From positions 99,510,001 through 99,574,000 of the forward strand of contig OZ287751.1 of NCBI GenBank assembly GCA_965649765.1: a DNA stretch of 64,000 nucleotides, read 5' to 3'. Under the pieces are notes generated by a model. It saw only the letters and a program-made list of their open reading frames with translations. It did no database searches and was not told where the DNA came from. Numbering within the stretch: position 1 is the stretch's first letter; the number at the start of each line of letters is the position of its first letter. A program made the translations under genes and the position numbers. Below are positions 22,408 to 35,988 of this stretch, one piece after another. The DNA is from Bispira polyomma (lineage: Eukaryota).

Positions 22408-25289
22408 CTGAAAATATTAAAATATAGACCAATTTATTTCTAGAAGGTCATCATTGACCTGAAGCCAAATGGAATTTTTAAGTAAGTCTTTCAATTTAGC
22501 TTCATCATTGGGTGTAATAACCCATCTAGCTTCCATGAAAATATTCCTTGCCATAGCTGCGAGAGTGAGGACATATGCTTTTTCCCCGAGTTTAAAATTG
22601 AAACAACTGCCTGATTGCCCATTGGTTTTTCCATATTCTGATTGCGACAAGGATATTTAACATCTCGAGATGCACTATAGTATAATTTCTATATCCAATG
22701 GGGATTTCTTTAGTATAAACTCGATTGTTACAGCATGCGCCAAGTCCCTTTAGACATGCATTCACATGTACCTGATCGGTTACCGGTCTGCGGTCGAAAA
22801 AGGCCATACTGTTAAAAGCAGTAATACAGATGTTAAACCAGTTCAAATCCTGGTGAAAGGCCATATCTAGGTTAACAGTGTATCTAGCATTCTATTAAGA
22901 AAGGCTCGTGACATCCTAAGACATTTTGAAATGTACAATAGTGAACCTAATAAGGATTGAAGCTGTCTTTTAGTGCAGCATTTCTTATGTACCCAACTTT
23001 GACAAATTTGCTTTATCTCTTCGAGCTTACTGCTTAGGATTGATACCGTAAAGTCTTCTGTATTTATTAACACAACAAAGCAGACCACCTGGGTGCTAGG
23101 AGGAACTATTTTTTTCTTACTGATAACAAAGCCTAATTTGTTAAAGATTTCCTTGAGTTTGTCAAAGGATTCCAAAACTGAAGGGGAACAGCCATATCTG
23201 ATTACGTCGTCGATATAATTAATGACGTCTTAGCCATGTGACGTCACGATGAGGTGTACAGCATCACTGAGCCTTTGAAAAATTGCTCTGCCGTGGTGAT
23301 AGCCAAATGGCAGACACGTATCAATATTATAATTGTCAAGCTGGAAACCTATTAAATCGTAGTCTGCTTGATAAATCTTCTCGTGCCTAAAAGCGTGACT
23401 ATTGTCTAGCTTATAAAGTAGGGCACCCTTTCCTAACTTGACCACGTTACTAGTTATGTCATCCACTGTGGGAAGTGTTAACAAAAATGGAGTACCTAGA
23501 TACTGGTCTCTACTTATGGCTGAATTTACTGATTACCCTTGTGGGCAGCTTAAGTTGGTAATGACTCTTATGTGCTTATCATCCGTGTGTAAATCGGATA
23601 AGGGAGGTTCAGTGAAGGGACCTATGATTGTACCAAATTGTTTTTCTTCCTCAAGGTATGTTTTGATGTCATCTTTAAATAAATTAGCCGAACTGTGATT
23701 TTCACCTTTATTTTGTAAAGTGCACGTTCTGTCAAAGTCGAGGAGAAATCCAAATTGGATGAGGTGTAATAATCGACGATCCCAATAACCATCTAATTGT
23801 TTTTTCCCATTCTTCAACATTTAATTGTGACACAACTGGTATTTGCGACCCTGAGAAATTTGGACCATTATGTTGTTTAACCACTTTATGTAGTTTCACC
23901 GGATCTCTTAAGTGTGTAGGGGTTTTTACCACTTGGGGAAGTTTTTGATCACCAGAGGAATGAAACCAAAGTTTTTTTTGTTTTGCTTATTCCATTGTAC
24001 AAATACGGGATTATTCTCAGCCTTTTCTAAGACCTCCCTGTGTTTACGCTTCACTTGTAGCTGCAATTCGTTTTTGTCCCTCACTTGATTACATAGATTG
24101 TATAACCTCACCTAAGTCACAATCTGAATTGACAGCCATGTCATTTTCACCAAGTAATGTCAAGGGGGGTGAACCTATTATCCCAACTAGTCTTATTTGT
24201 GCTAGGACGGCCCTCTGTATGTGTAGGGATTAACTTGCCAAGTCCCCTTTTGTCCTTACTGGAGGTGCGACTTTGTCCATCGTTCCCTAAATTAACTTTG
24301 GGGCTCAGGCTTTGTTTGGGGGCTCCAACAATTGAGCCAAAGCTTGCCTTACTGACATGTTGATTACATTTCCTGAAACTGTGTACATTAGTGACATTAG
24401 TATTGACAAACTTTTGACTTTTTCTACTTTGGCGACCATCAGAAGGTGACATTTGGCCACAATTTTGTGCCCTTTTTGAATTTTTACTTGTATTACTCGA
24501 ATTCAAATTCTGTGTCACTACTTGGGCATATGTTTTCTTGGCAAACCTAGCCCAGTCCGCCCTCCAATTGTCGCTACATTGAACTTTAGCCTTTACATTA
24601 TTATATACAGTTTGAGCACCACAATATTGACCATAATTTTTTATCTGTACAGTAAGTAGTCTTACAAGGTTCATTTTAATTATCAATGTTGTGCACTGCT
24701 GTTATGCAATGCCCTAATTGTTTTTCGCACTAGGCTGTTCAGTGGATTTACCCATTTTGTTTCTATGGCAATCCTTAGAGGCATGGGGAAATGACTTCCC
24801 AAAAGACAAAGCACGTGGCACAGACATGTAAATAAGTTTGACCTTTAGTATCATGGTCAACCTTGTGGGGACATGAGCCTTTTTGGAAGTACCTGCAAGG
24901 GACTCCTTTTTCATTCATTTTTTGACTTCTACCAAAACTTGAGGAATTTGACTGAGTATTGTTTACCACTCTTTGGGCATGAGCCCTACAGATTCTGTCA
25001 ATTTTTGGAGTCTCGTCCAACGAAACTTTACCCTCTTCCATCTTACATAGAAGGACTGCATGTCTTCCCTTAGCAGCTTGCCAAGAAAAATCATGACAGT
25101 CCTCCATGAGGTCTTGTGCATATTCCAGCATGGCATTTTTAATATCAATATTACTCTCGTCTCTAACAATTGAACAAAGCCCAGACATTCACTGAGCCAT
25201 AGAAAGGCTATCGTAGGTAATTCGAGATTTACTTGTCCCTCCAAGGATGTGGTTTTGTGGCCAGGCCACTTGATGTTTTACCCAAACTC

Positions 25290-25990
25290 TCTGGTTGAGT
25301 AATTCAAAATTGAAACTCAACCCTGACAAAACAGAATTCCTACTTATTGGTTCCAAACATCAGAGGGAAAAAGGTTCTTGACTTCTTCCCTGCTACTCTC
25401 CTTGGAAACAGCACTGTTCCTGCTGACAGTGCGAAGAACCTATCAGTTACTTTTGACTCCTACTTCTCCTTCAAAAAACATGTCTCAAATATCTGTCGTT
25501 CCTGCTATGACAACATCCGTGACTTTCGCAGGATTCGACGACATTTAACCCAGGGAAATGCCATTGCAGTGGCCAACTAAACAAACTACAGAAAATACAA
25601 AATAACCTGTGCAGAATAGTAAGCCATGCTGGCCCTCGCACTCACACTACTCCCCTACTAAAACAATTACATTGGTTACCTATTGAGTTTCGTATTAAAT
25701 TTAAGGTAATTGTCTTCATTTCTAAGACAGTACATGAACATCAACCTGCCTACTTATCATATATGCTGTCTCTCAGCAATCTCACCAGAGGCAATCATCT
25801 CTCCACCTATGGTTTCCTACCAAAAAAACAAGCTGGAGTGGAATAGCCTTCCTACCAGTCTTCGGACTAAGACAAGCATTATGGGTTTCAGAAAAAGGCT
25901 CAAAACACATCTGTATCAGCTCACTTTCCCACCCTAGCATGCATCTAATGGTCACAACTGAATTTCTGATCACGAACCTTTTTCCATCTA
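25290..25990 (+). mobile_element. L2/CR1-type LINE 3' fragment abutting the truncated gag of C
   Basis: WLSNSKLKLNPDKTEFLLIG, NLSVTFDS, LKQLHWLPIEFRIKFK, WNSLP..LR..FRKRLKTHLY. Confidence 0.85.
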
Positions 25991-26816
25991 CTGGACTATG
26001 CTCTTGCACACTTACTAGGATATGCGCCACAGAGGATGCCTGGTCATTGATTGTGGCGGTATAGAAGTAAAATATTAACATTAACATAAGCAAAAATAAG
26101 CATGCATAAGTAAGATGGTCCCTTAATAAGAAAAACGTCGTAAATTTCAAGCTGCTCGAAATGTTTTACTTTTCCGACCATTCTTGTGAAACAGTTGGTG
26201 CGTTTACGGGAAACGTATGACACGTATTTAATGTGTATATGACTTAAATGACGGCAGTAAAACAAACTATGCATCCAAATAATATTTAAAACAAGGAGAA
26301 TGAGAATGGAACAGGTTTAGAAACGTGGCTAACATATTTTAAAATGTGGCTAATGAAACAGACATTATTGAAACGGCTATTAAAATGTGGTAAATGTGTG
26401 TACAGATGTGTACATAACGTGTAAAAAATGGCCCATACATAGATTTTTGGCTACGTTTCCTTGAATTTTAACTTAGTTTATTTCCGTCTTCTAACGTTTA
26501 CAGAATTTTAAATCCAAACGTGCTCAGTGTGACCACGGCATAAGTTATTAGGCGGCCAAACAGTTTGCTGGGTCCCTTCCTTGACTGTGACTAAGCTTGG
26601 TTTCAAAGACAAATTTTCGTGTAGATTAAAGCAAATTATATCGAAAAGGAATATTTATTTTTTACATTATTTCAGGTTTGTTGTGATAAATTAGCTAGTT
26701 TTACTACTTTTAGAACTTCATGATTCAAATACTTGTGCAATAACTCAGCAGACATATATGAGATTGTTGGGGTAATGTGCTTTAAATACACTGGATTTGA
26801 AATTAATGTTAGTCAA

Positions 26817-27016
26817 TATGATTTACTGGCACACTTTGATAATAGGTTTATGTATAATAGTGTCATACTGCAGTAAAATAAGGCCTCCTTTATCATATAC
26901 CCATACTTATACTTTATATGATTTACTGGCACACTTTGATAATAGGCTTATGTAAAACAGTATCATGCTGCAGTAAAATATGGCCCCCTTTATCCCACAC
27001 ACATACTTATACTTTA
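26817..27016. repeat. ~100-bp tandem duplication
   Basis: TATGATTTACTGGCACACTTTGATAATAGG...CATACTTATACTTTA occurs twice in tandem. Confidence 0.9.
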
Positions 27017-28306
27017 TACAACTTGGCTATTGACACAACTCCACACACATTGAACTGAAGCTACATCACATACATTACACAACCTCAATGAAATAACACA
27101 ACCTTATGGAATCAACTCAAACTTAAAATCACAATTAACCCCAATAAGACCATTTCACTAGAAAAGATAATGCTGAATTCCAATGTCAAATTAGGCCATA
27201 ATCAGAGTATACTTTGAGATTAATATTAATTTTATAGTTTACATTCACAAATTAATTTCTCCTGATGCTTAAAAATGGCCGGGAAGTATATTTCAATTTG
27301 CTGTGATTTTAATTTTCTATTTCATTAACACTTTATTAAAATATTTTTTTTTTCATAAACTTATAATAATACAGCAATTACTCTGTCAGCAAAACTTCTA
27401 TTTTAGATATAAATGTTTATAATTACAGTTAAATGTGTTGACAACAGATGTAACTCAAATTATAAGATTAATGGACAGCAGTCGCCTACATATGTAAAAA
27501 CTGATTGTTTTCGACACCAATATTAGTTTATGTTGTGAAATTCTCAAAACATATGTATCACTGTACAAATACAGAAGCCAGGTTCATAGATATAGTAAAA
27601 CAATGTTTAGATTTAGTACCGGTTACGTAACCAGTTGGGTTGCAATTTTGACCTGAAGGTCACAGCAAGGTTACTGTACATAAGTATGAGATGTATAGGA
27701 TAAGACACATTATGCTAATATGTAAGTTCACTATGGCAGTGCAATTTCGATCCCAATGTCAGAGCAAGGTATGAGATCTGTTGGAGAAGCAATACTAGCC
27801 ACTCTGAGTGTTTTAAACAAAATCTGTTATTAAAAGTACAATGTATTCCTTGTAAGTACTGTAAAAGTGTCTTTGAAGCATAAAGTGCATAGTGCACATA
27901 TTTGAATCAAATATTTTTTTTTCAACTTTAATATTTCATATGACTGGCAGTTGAAAGCATATCATACTCCAGATTTTCAAATATTCATTTTACAAATCTG
28001 CATTTCATTTTGTAACAATTAGCAAATTATAAGCTAGTACCAGTGATGAAGTGTTAATTTATTTGGGATTTTGTGACTATATTAACACATATTTTATCAT
28101 ATAGTGATGGTCAGATTTATCAGAGGATGGAGCAAGTACTATTTGTAGTACAAACCACCGAGCTACAAGGAGTACCTAAAAAACTGTAGTAATATAAAGG
28201 AACCAGTGGGAGTTGATTCCATAGTCCTAAGAGGCGAGAGCGTAATGATATTTAAGTAGATGCTTCGAACAACTTGACCACTTAGTACCAGTCACAACAA
28301 CAAGGG

Positions 28307-28556
28307 GGGGGGCCACGGTGGCCTAGTGGTTAGCAAGCACTGCGCTTCACAATCACTGGTCTCTCACCTCTGGGTGGCGTGAGTTTGAATCCTGTTGATG
28401 CCTATGTGGGAAAGGTGGTAGTTTCTTACTGTGGGCCGCTGGTTTCAGTGCAGAACCTTGATCAACTGTATGCAGTGTTTCCCCCATTGTTTTGAACTAC
28501 CCATCCCAATATAACCTAAACAGGTACTGGACGTTAAATATCCAAATAAAAAAAAA
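28307..28556 (+). mobile_element. tRNA-derived SINE (same family)
   Basis: Aligns end to end with 1979-2246; imperfect TSD ACAA..ACAAGGG. Confidence 0.9.
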
Positions 28557-28649
28557 ACAATGACAAGGGCCTACTACAAGAAACAAAGTGCGTTCTGCTC
28601 CTTGAAATGGTCCCATGTGAAAGCTTCCTTCAAACTTTAAGTTGGCTTT

Positions 28650-31390
28650 TGCAGTGATAGAGACGACCAGGAGACCTTACTGTTTGTGTGAACTACACAA
28701 ACTGCACTATCATCACTGGAACTTGGAAGCACAGGGTATTCTGGCACTTAAAAAACGATTAACGGTGTAAATATGACTGTGTGAAATTGTAAAATTAGAC
28801 AAGTTAGTTTAGTATGTACCTAGCATTGTTAATTTAGGAAATCAATGATAAATTTCTATTAAATCTCTAGACACAAAGATTCAATGATGATGGAAACCGC
28901 TAAAAAAGAAGTACTGTAAACCCCTGACCAACGGCAAGTACCTGAAAAACTTTCTAGCATGAAGGAATCAACAGGATTTCAACCGACATTGGTGAGAGGC
29001 CAATGGCTGTGAAGCACGCGTCTATAATCAATAGGTCACCACAACATCTTAATGGTAATCATAAACCACAGTAGCCTTAGACATTTACTAGACAAGTCAT
29101 TTTAGTGTTATTTAAGGTTATGCAGTAAAGCGAGCACTACTAAAATGGTAGATAAGGATAGATTGAGTATTTTTATCATGCCAAAACACTAACTCTAATT
29201 AATGTCTAAAAAGTCTCTGCTTTTGTTTTGTATTTTTCCTCTTTAAGGTTATGGTAACGTAAACACAAACTGATTGCCGATAAGCCTTTTTGGGTGTAAA
29301 GGGCTTTTTTAAACCTGTACTACTTTAAGTTGTTGACCTTAAACTCCATTTATGAGTAACATGTCTATTTTTTCATGTACTCATTTAAACATTTTAAGTG
29401 TCATGTTAATATTATATTTTTTTATATATAATACAAATAACATTATTTCATGTTTCATACACGTGACACATCTGTCATAAAAACGAAGGAATAAACATAT
29501 TCAAGTAGGTTGCAACAAAATAAATAGGAAAATTTCATTAGAATTTTGCATGATATAGTTTTTGAATTAAAACACAAAAACTGGGATATTTTGAAAAAAG
29601 CAGTAAACTTACTATCTTATAAACAGATATGTTTTTGTATGCATTGTTTTTTTTTTATAAAATAAGACAACATATTTAAAAAGATTAATTACTAAAAATA
29701 ATACAGACGTTTTCTATTCTGGGGTAGTAGCACATATTGTGTCACAATAAAAAACCCTTCTCACTACGGTTTGTTTACAACATATGGCATGTTATTTCTT
29801 CCATTGATTTGAATGCAATACAAGAATCGTTGTCTGGGTGTTTTGCTACTTTTATAGAAACATATTGACGTCTTTATCAAAATATCATTCTAAAGTCATC
29901 ATAGTTGTCAGACAGACTACATATAAACAGCCATAAAAGTAGCATGATTTATACCCAGCACAATTATGTGTGTGCGTTACCAAACCCTGACATGGATGTG
30001 CAATGATGAGGTTACAATACTTTATCAGATAAAATATTGCTATTGCAGTGATGTTAGCACACAGATAATGATGAACAAGCTTATCAATAATTGGCTCTCA
30101 TTTTACAGAATAAAATAATACAAAATTATTAGAAAGCCTTATACAAGGCTTCATCAGCTTATCAACAATTGTGTCTCAATTTACAGAAGAAATTGATTCA
30201 AAGATCTACGAAATACCTCATACAAATTGCTAATTAACCTGTTCTAGACAACTAACAGCCAACCAGCATCATGTTACTATCCTTCCCCTAACTGAAGAAA
30301 TCCATATAGTATACAAACCGTTTACAAATGATATATCCATTGAACAAATATCCCAGGAAATATATGTATATGCTATACTAAGCAAATATCTAGTTCTTTA
30401 GTTTCCACCAAATCAGTAAATTACTTAATAAAATCAACAAATATTAATCCATTATCTTGAATTTGAATCAATTCACATAAATAATATATCTACACAAATG
30501 AAACATCACCAAAATTGAGAATGTAAAGTTTTACTTAACATCGATATTAGTATATTTACCCATTTGCAATTAAATTTATAATTTACGAAGCTAAAAAAAT
30601 TGCATAATTTCACTATTTCACACATGCCATGTTTACATTGTTATTAGTTTTTCAGTGCAATAAAACATTGTCTGTTCCCTTGCTTATCATGGTAGTTTTT
30701 GTAGTTCACACAAATAGTAAGGTACCCCACTACTTATCTCTATTCCTACTACCACACACAATGAGCTGATGACATCCTCTCCTGCTCCTGGCCTATTAAA
30801 CCTGCCACCATATCCTTTGGTTTGCTACCAAATCGGTTTCAACAAAGTTCTTATTAAATGTACACATTGTTTTGTCTGTTGGCCAAAAATATATTATTAG
30901 TTTTCGTATTGCTACTAGTTTTTTGTGCATGCATTGTCTGTGCAAATGCGTTGTAGCTGTTTTAGTTAAAACTCTGACAAATGGACTAGTTTACTTTGCA
31001 TTCCGCTGAATATAGAATCTTCCTTCATTTAAAAGCCTACCAAGGTAGCAGCTAATGCTGTCAGTTATCCTCCTAAAAGCATGCCTTTTATGTGAGCCAG
31101 GATGTCTTTGTCTCAGTCTTCTGACAGTTTGAATTAAATCGTTATTCTACAATCTTTCTGGCCATTAGCCCTGCCTTATTTAGCATAGATATGTTACCTT
31201 TCGTCTTACACCACCATACTACACACTTTGTAGTCCCCTGTAGTGCAGAGTATTCCCTTGTTAGAAAATCCTACCAAGGTAGCAGCTTATTTGGTCTGTT
31301 ATCCTTCTGAAAGCACCCTTTTTATGTGAGCCTCAGTTGTACTGGAATTTTACTGGTTGTTAGTCCAGCCTAAATTACCTGAATATCCAA
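28650..31390. repeat. Duplicate of 17880-19720, containing ~120-140 bp inverted repeats (28654-28790 / 30612-30745)
   Basis: ACCTTACT.TTTGTGTGAACTACA.AAACT...TGTGTGAAAT is present in inverted orientation at the two ends. Confidence 0.75.
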
Positions 31391-32513
31391 ACATATATCT
31401 CTCTATTTCTCTCTTACTGTTAACATGGCTTAGGTATTGTGTTTACAGTGCAAATACCGGTTTTCGAAATAAGCAAAACATTGTCACAAAAAATCACACA
31501 GGTGGTTGGGCACAGGAGTGGGATTTAAAATGAGCCCACACTAGCCCGAGAGTTATATCATGCTAGAACACAAAGGTCCATATAGGAAAACATTAGGATT
31601 AACATTATTACATGTCACAGACACCATCATAGAAATCTACACAAAAATACTGACATAAAAAAATATCACCTAATATCAGGGGACCTGGCAAGTTGAGCCT
31701 AAACATGTACATGAGACATACCCACCTCAGTGGCAAACATTTTATCTGTATTTCCTTAAAACCAGGTTCAGAAAGGGTCATGGTAATCGTGGTGTACATT
31801 TATAACTAGAACACCAGGTGTAACATTGTTATCAAGCAATATGGCAGATACTTGTAACATTATTAACCCAATATAACTGTCATCATGCATAGCTATTAGG
31901 GATGTAAATGCCACCCTGCTAACAGCATACATCTAAATAAGTAGATTTAACCTCTCTGACCCAAGGTCAATATCATAGACATTTCTTGTGCAAGAGACTG
32001 TTAAAAGTTTTCATATTATTTGGCTTGTACACTCCGACACCCCCTTACCACCTGGCTATAGTTATTGGGACTTCCCCATTGGTCTATTATTTCTGTTGTA
32101 AATCTAACAATTTAAAAAATTAATTTTACTTTTCACATCAGTGTCAACCTTGTGGGTCAGACTGTGATGGTCAGATATATTTTGGAAAAAGAAACCAGTC
32201 CTATTCCTACTGGAAAATATCATCAGGGATATCTAACAGACATATATTCCACTTTTAGCAATCTGAATTGATTAATTGGTCACATTATTCAGTCAACACA
32301 ATTCTAAAGGAAACATTTTTTTTTTCTATGCTAATATGCCATAAATATACCTATTATCTATCTTGATAGTTTATTCCTAAACAATTTATCTTTGCTGCAT
32401 CTCACACAGGCGACACAAATGCAAAACAGAGTTGCGATTTGTTCCATTGATCTTGTGCAGTCACATCTTGTGCAGTCACATCAAAAACAACAACAAAAGA
32501 GTCGTCTATCGCT

Positions 32514-32700
32514 ATCAGTAACAGTAACAATCAGTAACAGTAACAATCAATAACAGTAACAATCAGTAACAGTAACAATCAATAACAGTAACAATCAATA
32601 ACAGTAATAATCAGTAACAGTAACAATCACTAACAGTAACAATCAGTAACAGTAACAATCAGTAACAGAAACAATCAATAACAGTAACAATCAGTAACAG
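32514..32700. repeat. 16-bp minisatellite (CAGTAACAGTAACAAT)n, ~11-12 units
   Basis: Direct head-to-tail repeats with single substitutions. Confidence 0.95.
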
Positions 32701-34962
32701 CTAATTTATGATCGATTGTGATCTCTTAAAAAATGTGGCATTAATGTGTGGGGCATGTGGCATTAATTACAGCCTATTTATTTTCAACTCCTTGCTGAGG
32801 ATCAACTGTTACTTATCACAAAGGGACTGTCGTTGTGACCATTGAGCAAAGCATGTGAGTAACACACCCATTGAAAAGGAGACACTAGCAAGGCACTAGT
32901 GCTATTTATCAAAAGTCATAACTGCAGATTGTCCTTAAAATGAAACTTTAAATCCTTATAAATCCTCATTAAAAATGGTTACACTCACTATTCTGTTGTA
33001 AAATAACTTGATTCAATGAAAACATTATCACTACATAGTGTCATATTCAAAATAGAAAGAATACTATGACTGATCATTGTATAAAAAGAAAAAAAAACAT
33101 TTGTAAATATTACAGCAACTTGTTTCAACTAAGACAGAGAATCTATGCATTAATTTAGAATAACCATTCCTTGTTGTTTTCAAAGGAATATCTCAATTTG
33201 ATAATGCAGTACTTTATGTTGCTAACAAACTGAGATTCTGTATCACTTCCAAAATATTAGATATCATCACACAAACTGAACTGTATCAAAATGTTATTGT
33301 CTTTTAACCATACCAGACATATATTTAACCAGTTGGGTTAAAATCACTGCTCATAGCCAGTTCTAAAGGATAGCAGTCTTTCGGGGAATGTTACCAATCG
33401 ATCTTTAAATAATCTGAGTTTTCAAACAGAATAATTCATGTAATTTGTCCAGTTGAAAATATCACACAAGTTGGGAAAATTTATCAATTGTTCTTCAGGT
33501 TTGAAATCTTACAGTCCTTCAGAACAAAAAAATATAGGGATATAGTTTATCTTGAAACTATATCCATTTGTCTGATTTGTCTGAAAAAGATTAACATCAT
33601 TCAAACTAATTATCTAGGTTTGTAAAATTGGACAAGGACACATGGCATGCAAGGAGAATGTAGCTTTTCGTATTCTTATCCATTACATTTCGATTAAAAT
33701 TATTTAAAATTATATAGTAAAAGTTGGCACAAATGCAATTAAATAAATTGATATGTGCAATTGAAATGGTCGGGTCATGCCAATGTTTAAAACAATACAA
33801 TTTTCAAAATAATGGTTTAGTTGCCTAAGATCTAAATATTTAGAGATACACATTATTACTCCCTAAACACGTGTCATACTTTGACATAGTTATTTTCTCA
33901 CAATGTACAATGATAAAACTTCGACCAATGATCATAAAAATATAGACAACATCTTCTCAGTTGTTACCATACAAAATCATTAATAACTTAATCTAAGGTA
34001 TTTTTTCTTTGCACAGAAAATATTATATTTAATATGCAATAGCGGCTAAAGGGTCAACAACTTATATGAGAATGTGTGAACCCAAAATAGACTTGTTTAT
34101 GACATCACATAAAGTCCAGACAGTCTGACACTTAGATAAGTGGGAACATAATGCATTTAATGTTGTCTTAAGGACCCATGTCACACAGGCAAATTGGCTG
34201 GGCGACAAGTCTCGGCATGAAATATGTAAATACAACACACACTACAAATTGTTCCTCTACAATAATGAGGTTTCCCATTTGGATCAGTGAAATATGTATT
34301 GTGTGTCATTTTATTTGTAAAAAAGATGTGGTTTGGTTGTTACAAATTAGAATCAATTAATTAAGATATGTAAATATTATTATAAATTATAAGTCATATA
34401 TGTGACATGTTTGCGTGGGGTGGGTTCATACAGTATTCCTTTGCAGGAAACACAACATTGCCTAAATGTGTTGTCCTTGTGAGATCATTACATAGTGTAT
34501 GACCAGAGGAGGTGAGCCCTACCTTCAGTAAAGTCAGTGCTGTGCTGCCCTGTTCTTTTTGTTAAGGGCACAATTCTTGTTCATTAATTATGCGAACTAA
34601 TTAGGTCAGCTAATTGATGTCACTGCTAGTATAGCATGACAAGTCAGTAGTGAAAATTTGAAACTTTACTGTATACCCCTCCTTAACAAATTGTTTACTT
34701 AGCTACACCAATTAGACATAAAGACAATTCAGCTGAGCAACAAATCACCCACCTTCAAAGTCCAAAATTCGCAAGTGTATAATTAATTTGTTGGTAGGTC
34801 CCATATTATTCCCACAAGCCAAAATAAATGGGTAGAATATTATCTGAAGGTGGTCCCGCCTTTTTCTAATAGATTACCATTATTAAGTTGCAAGTCAAGT
34901 AAGCAACACATATTTTTTTCCAACCCCCCACCCTAAAACTTGTACATTCACTTCACTTTTCC

Positions 34963-35177
34963 CTAGCTACTCACCTTGATAGCTCATGTACCCCTCCCCG
35001 TGGGCTCGAACCCCGGTCCATGTGGTATTGGTTCTCGGCTTGCAACTTCATACTGGTGTGGGTTATCAGGCAATTCAGCTCTGCAGCCTAGAACCTCTAC
35101 TGCTAGGCGACTAGGTGCCATAGGACCGAGGTTCTGTCCCATGGGGCAGTTTATCGTTAGAGATGGTGAGTAGCTAG
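34963..35177 (-). mobile_element. Small GC-rich element with tRNA-like boxes bounded by 13-bp inverted repeats
   Basis: CTAGCTACTCACC (34963-34975) / GGTGAGTAGCTAG (35165-35177); B-box GGTTCGAGCCC on the minus strand at ~35002-35012. Confidence 0.5.
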
Positions 35178-35988
35178 AGTACCACATTGTATATATATAT
35201 GGCGTAACACTTTTTACAACCCACGAAGGTCATAAATATACTTACCTTCACAGGTTATAAACTTCTTAGTTTTTTAATTTACTCAGTCATCCTGAGTATT
35301 AATGTCTCAACTTTCATGTTGTTCTTTCAGGGACTTCTTTTTCTTTCCTTGTAATTACATATTCTTGGGATTTTTAAAATTTTACACAAATTTTACTTGT
35401 ATAGTTGTACATAGAGGCAGTAGATAGAAAATAAATATATCCCAAACAGCACCTGGTTTCTAACACCTCCTAAAGCTACCATTACTTCCCATAGGTCACA
35501 CTTTTCAGTTTAAAAGCATTACCAAACTTTAACTATTTATCAACCAATTTTAGCTACTTTTAACGTCTTTTTGCCAGAGTCTCTAAAAATCCATCCTAAA
35601 CTTTGAAACTAAAGAGACAAACGCCATTTTAACATTTAAAGTTTTAAATTTTACAAATATTTAAAATTTTTATTTGTGATATTGGACTATTGAAGCCGTT
35701 TTATTATTTTTTTCTCTCATTTATTGGACTGTTTTATGATTTATACACAAATTTGTTTTGTACATGGTAAGTCATAAGTCTGTAAGGAACAGTACTAAGG
35801 GAGAGATATAATATGGATTGTTATGACATCATACGGACAGTCAGTCTATGTACAAATAACTATAAAATATTAAATATATTTACACGTGGTAACAGTAACT
35901 TTATGGAGATACCAATAATAATGATTTTTATGAATTCATACAATCTTTCTATATTAAATTGAATGCGTGCGTTATGACCAGCATCAGG

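Larger units (their letters stand above)
21028..25290 (-). mobile_element. YR retrotransposon copy C, decayed and 5'-truncated
   Basis: gag pieces 24714-25244; linker 24147-24686; RT pieces 22867-24111 (LPFG, YIDD near 23210); RNase H 22417-22864; YR 21420-22407 (FHTFRRSGA, WRY); palindrome array 21145-21350. Confidence 0.9.

Noticed and set aside
32514-32700. CRISPR-like periodic repeat
   Set aside because: Head-to-tail 16-mer with no unique spacers; an ordinary minisatellite.
35238-35247. U1 snRNA 5' end (ATACTTACCT)
   Set aside because: Only 10 nt match and no U1 body follows; it is simply the complement of a splice donor.
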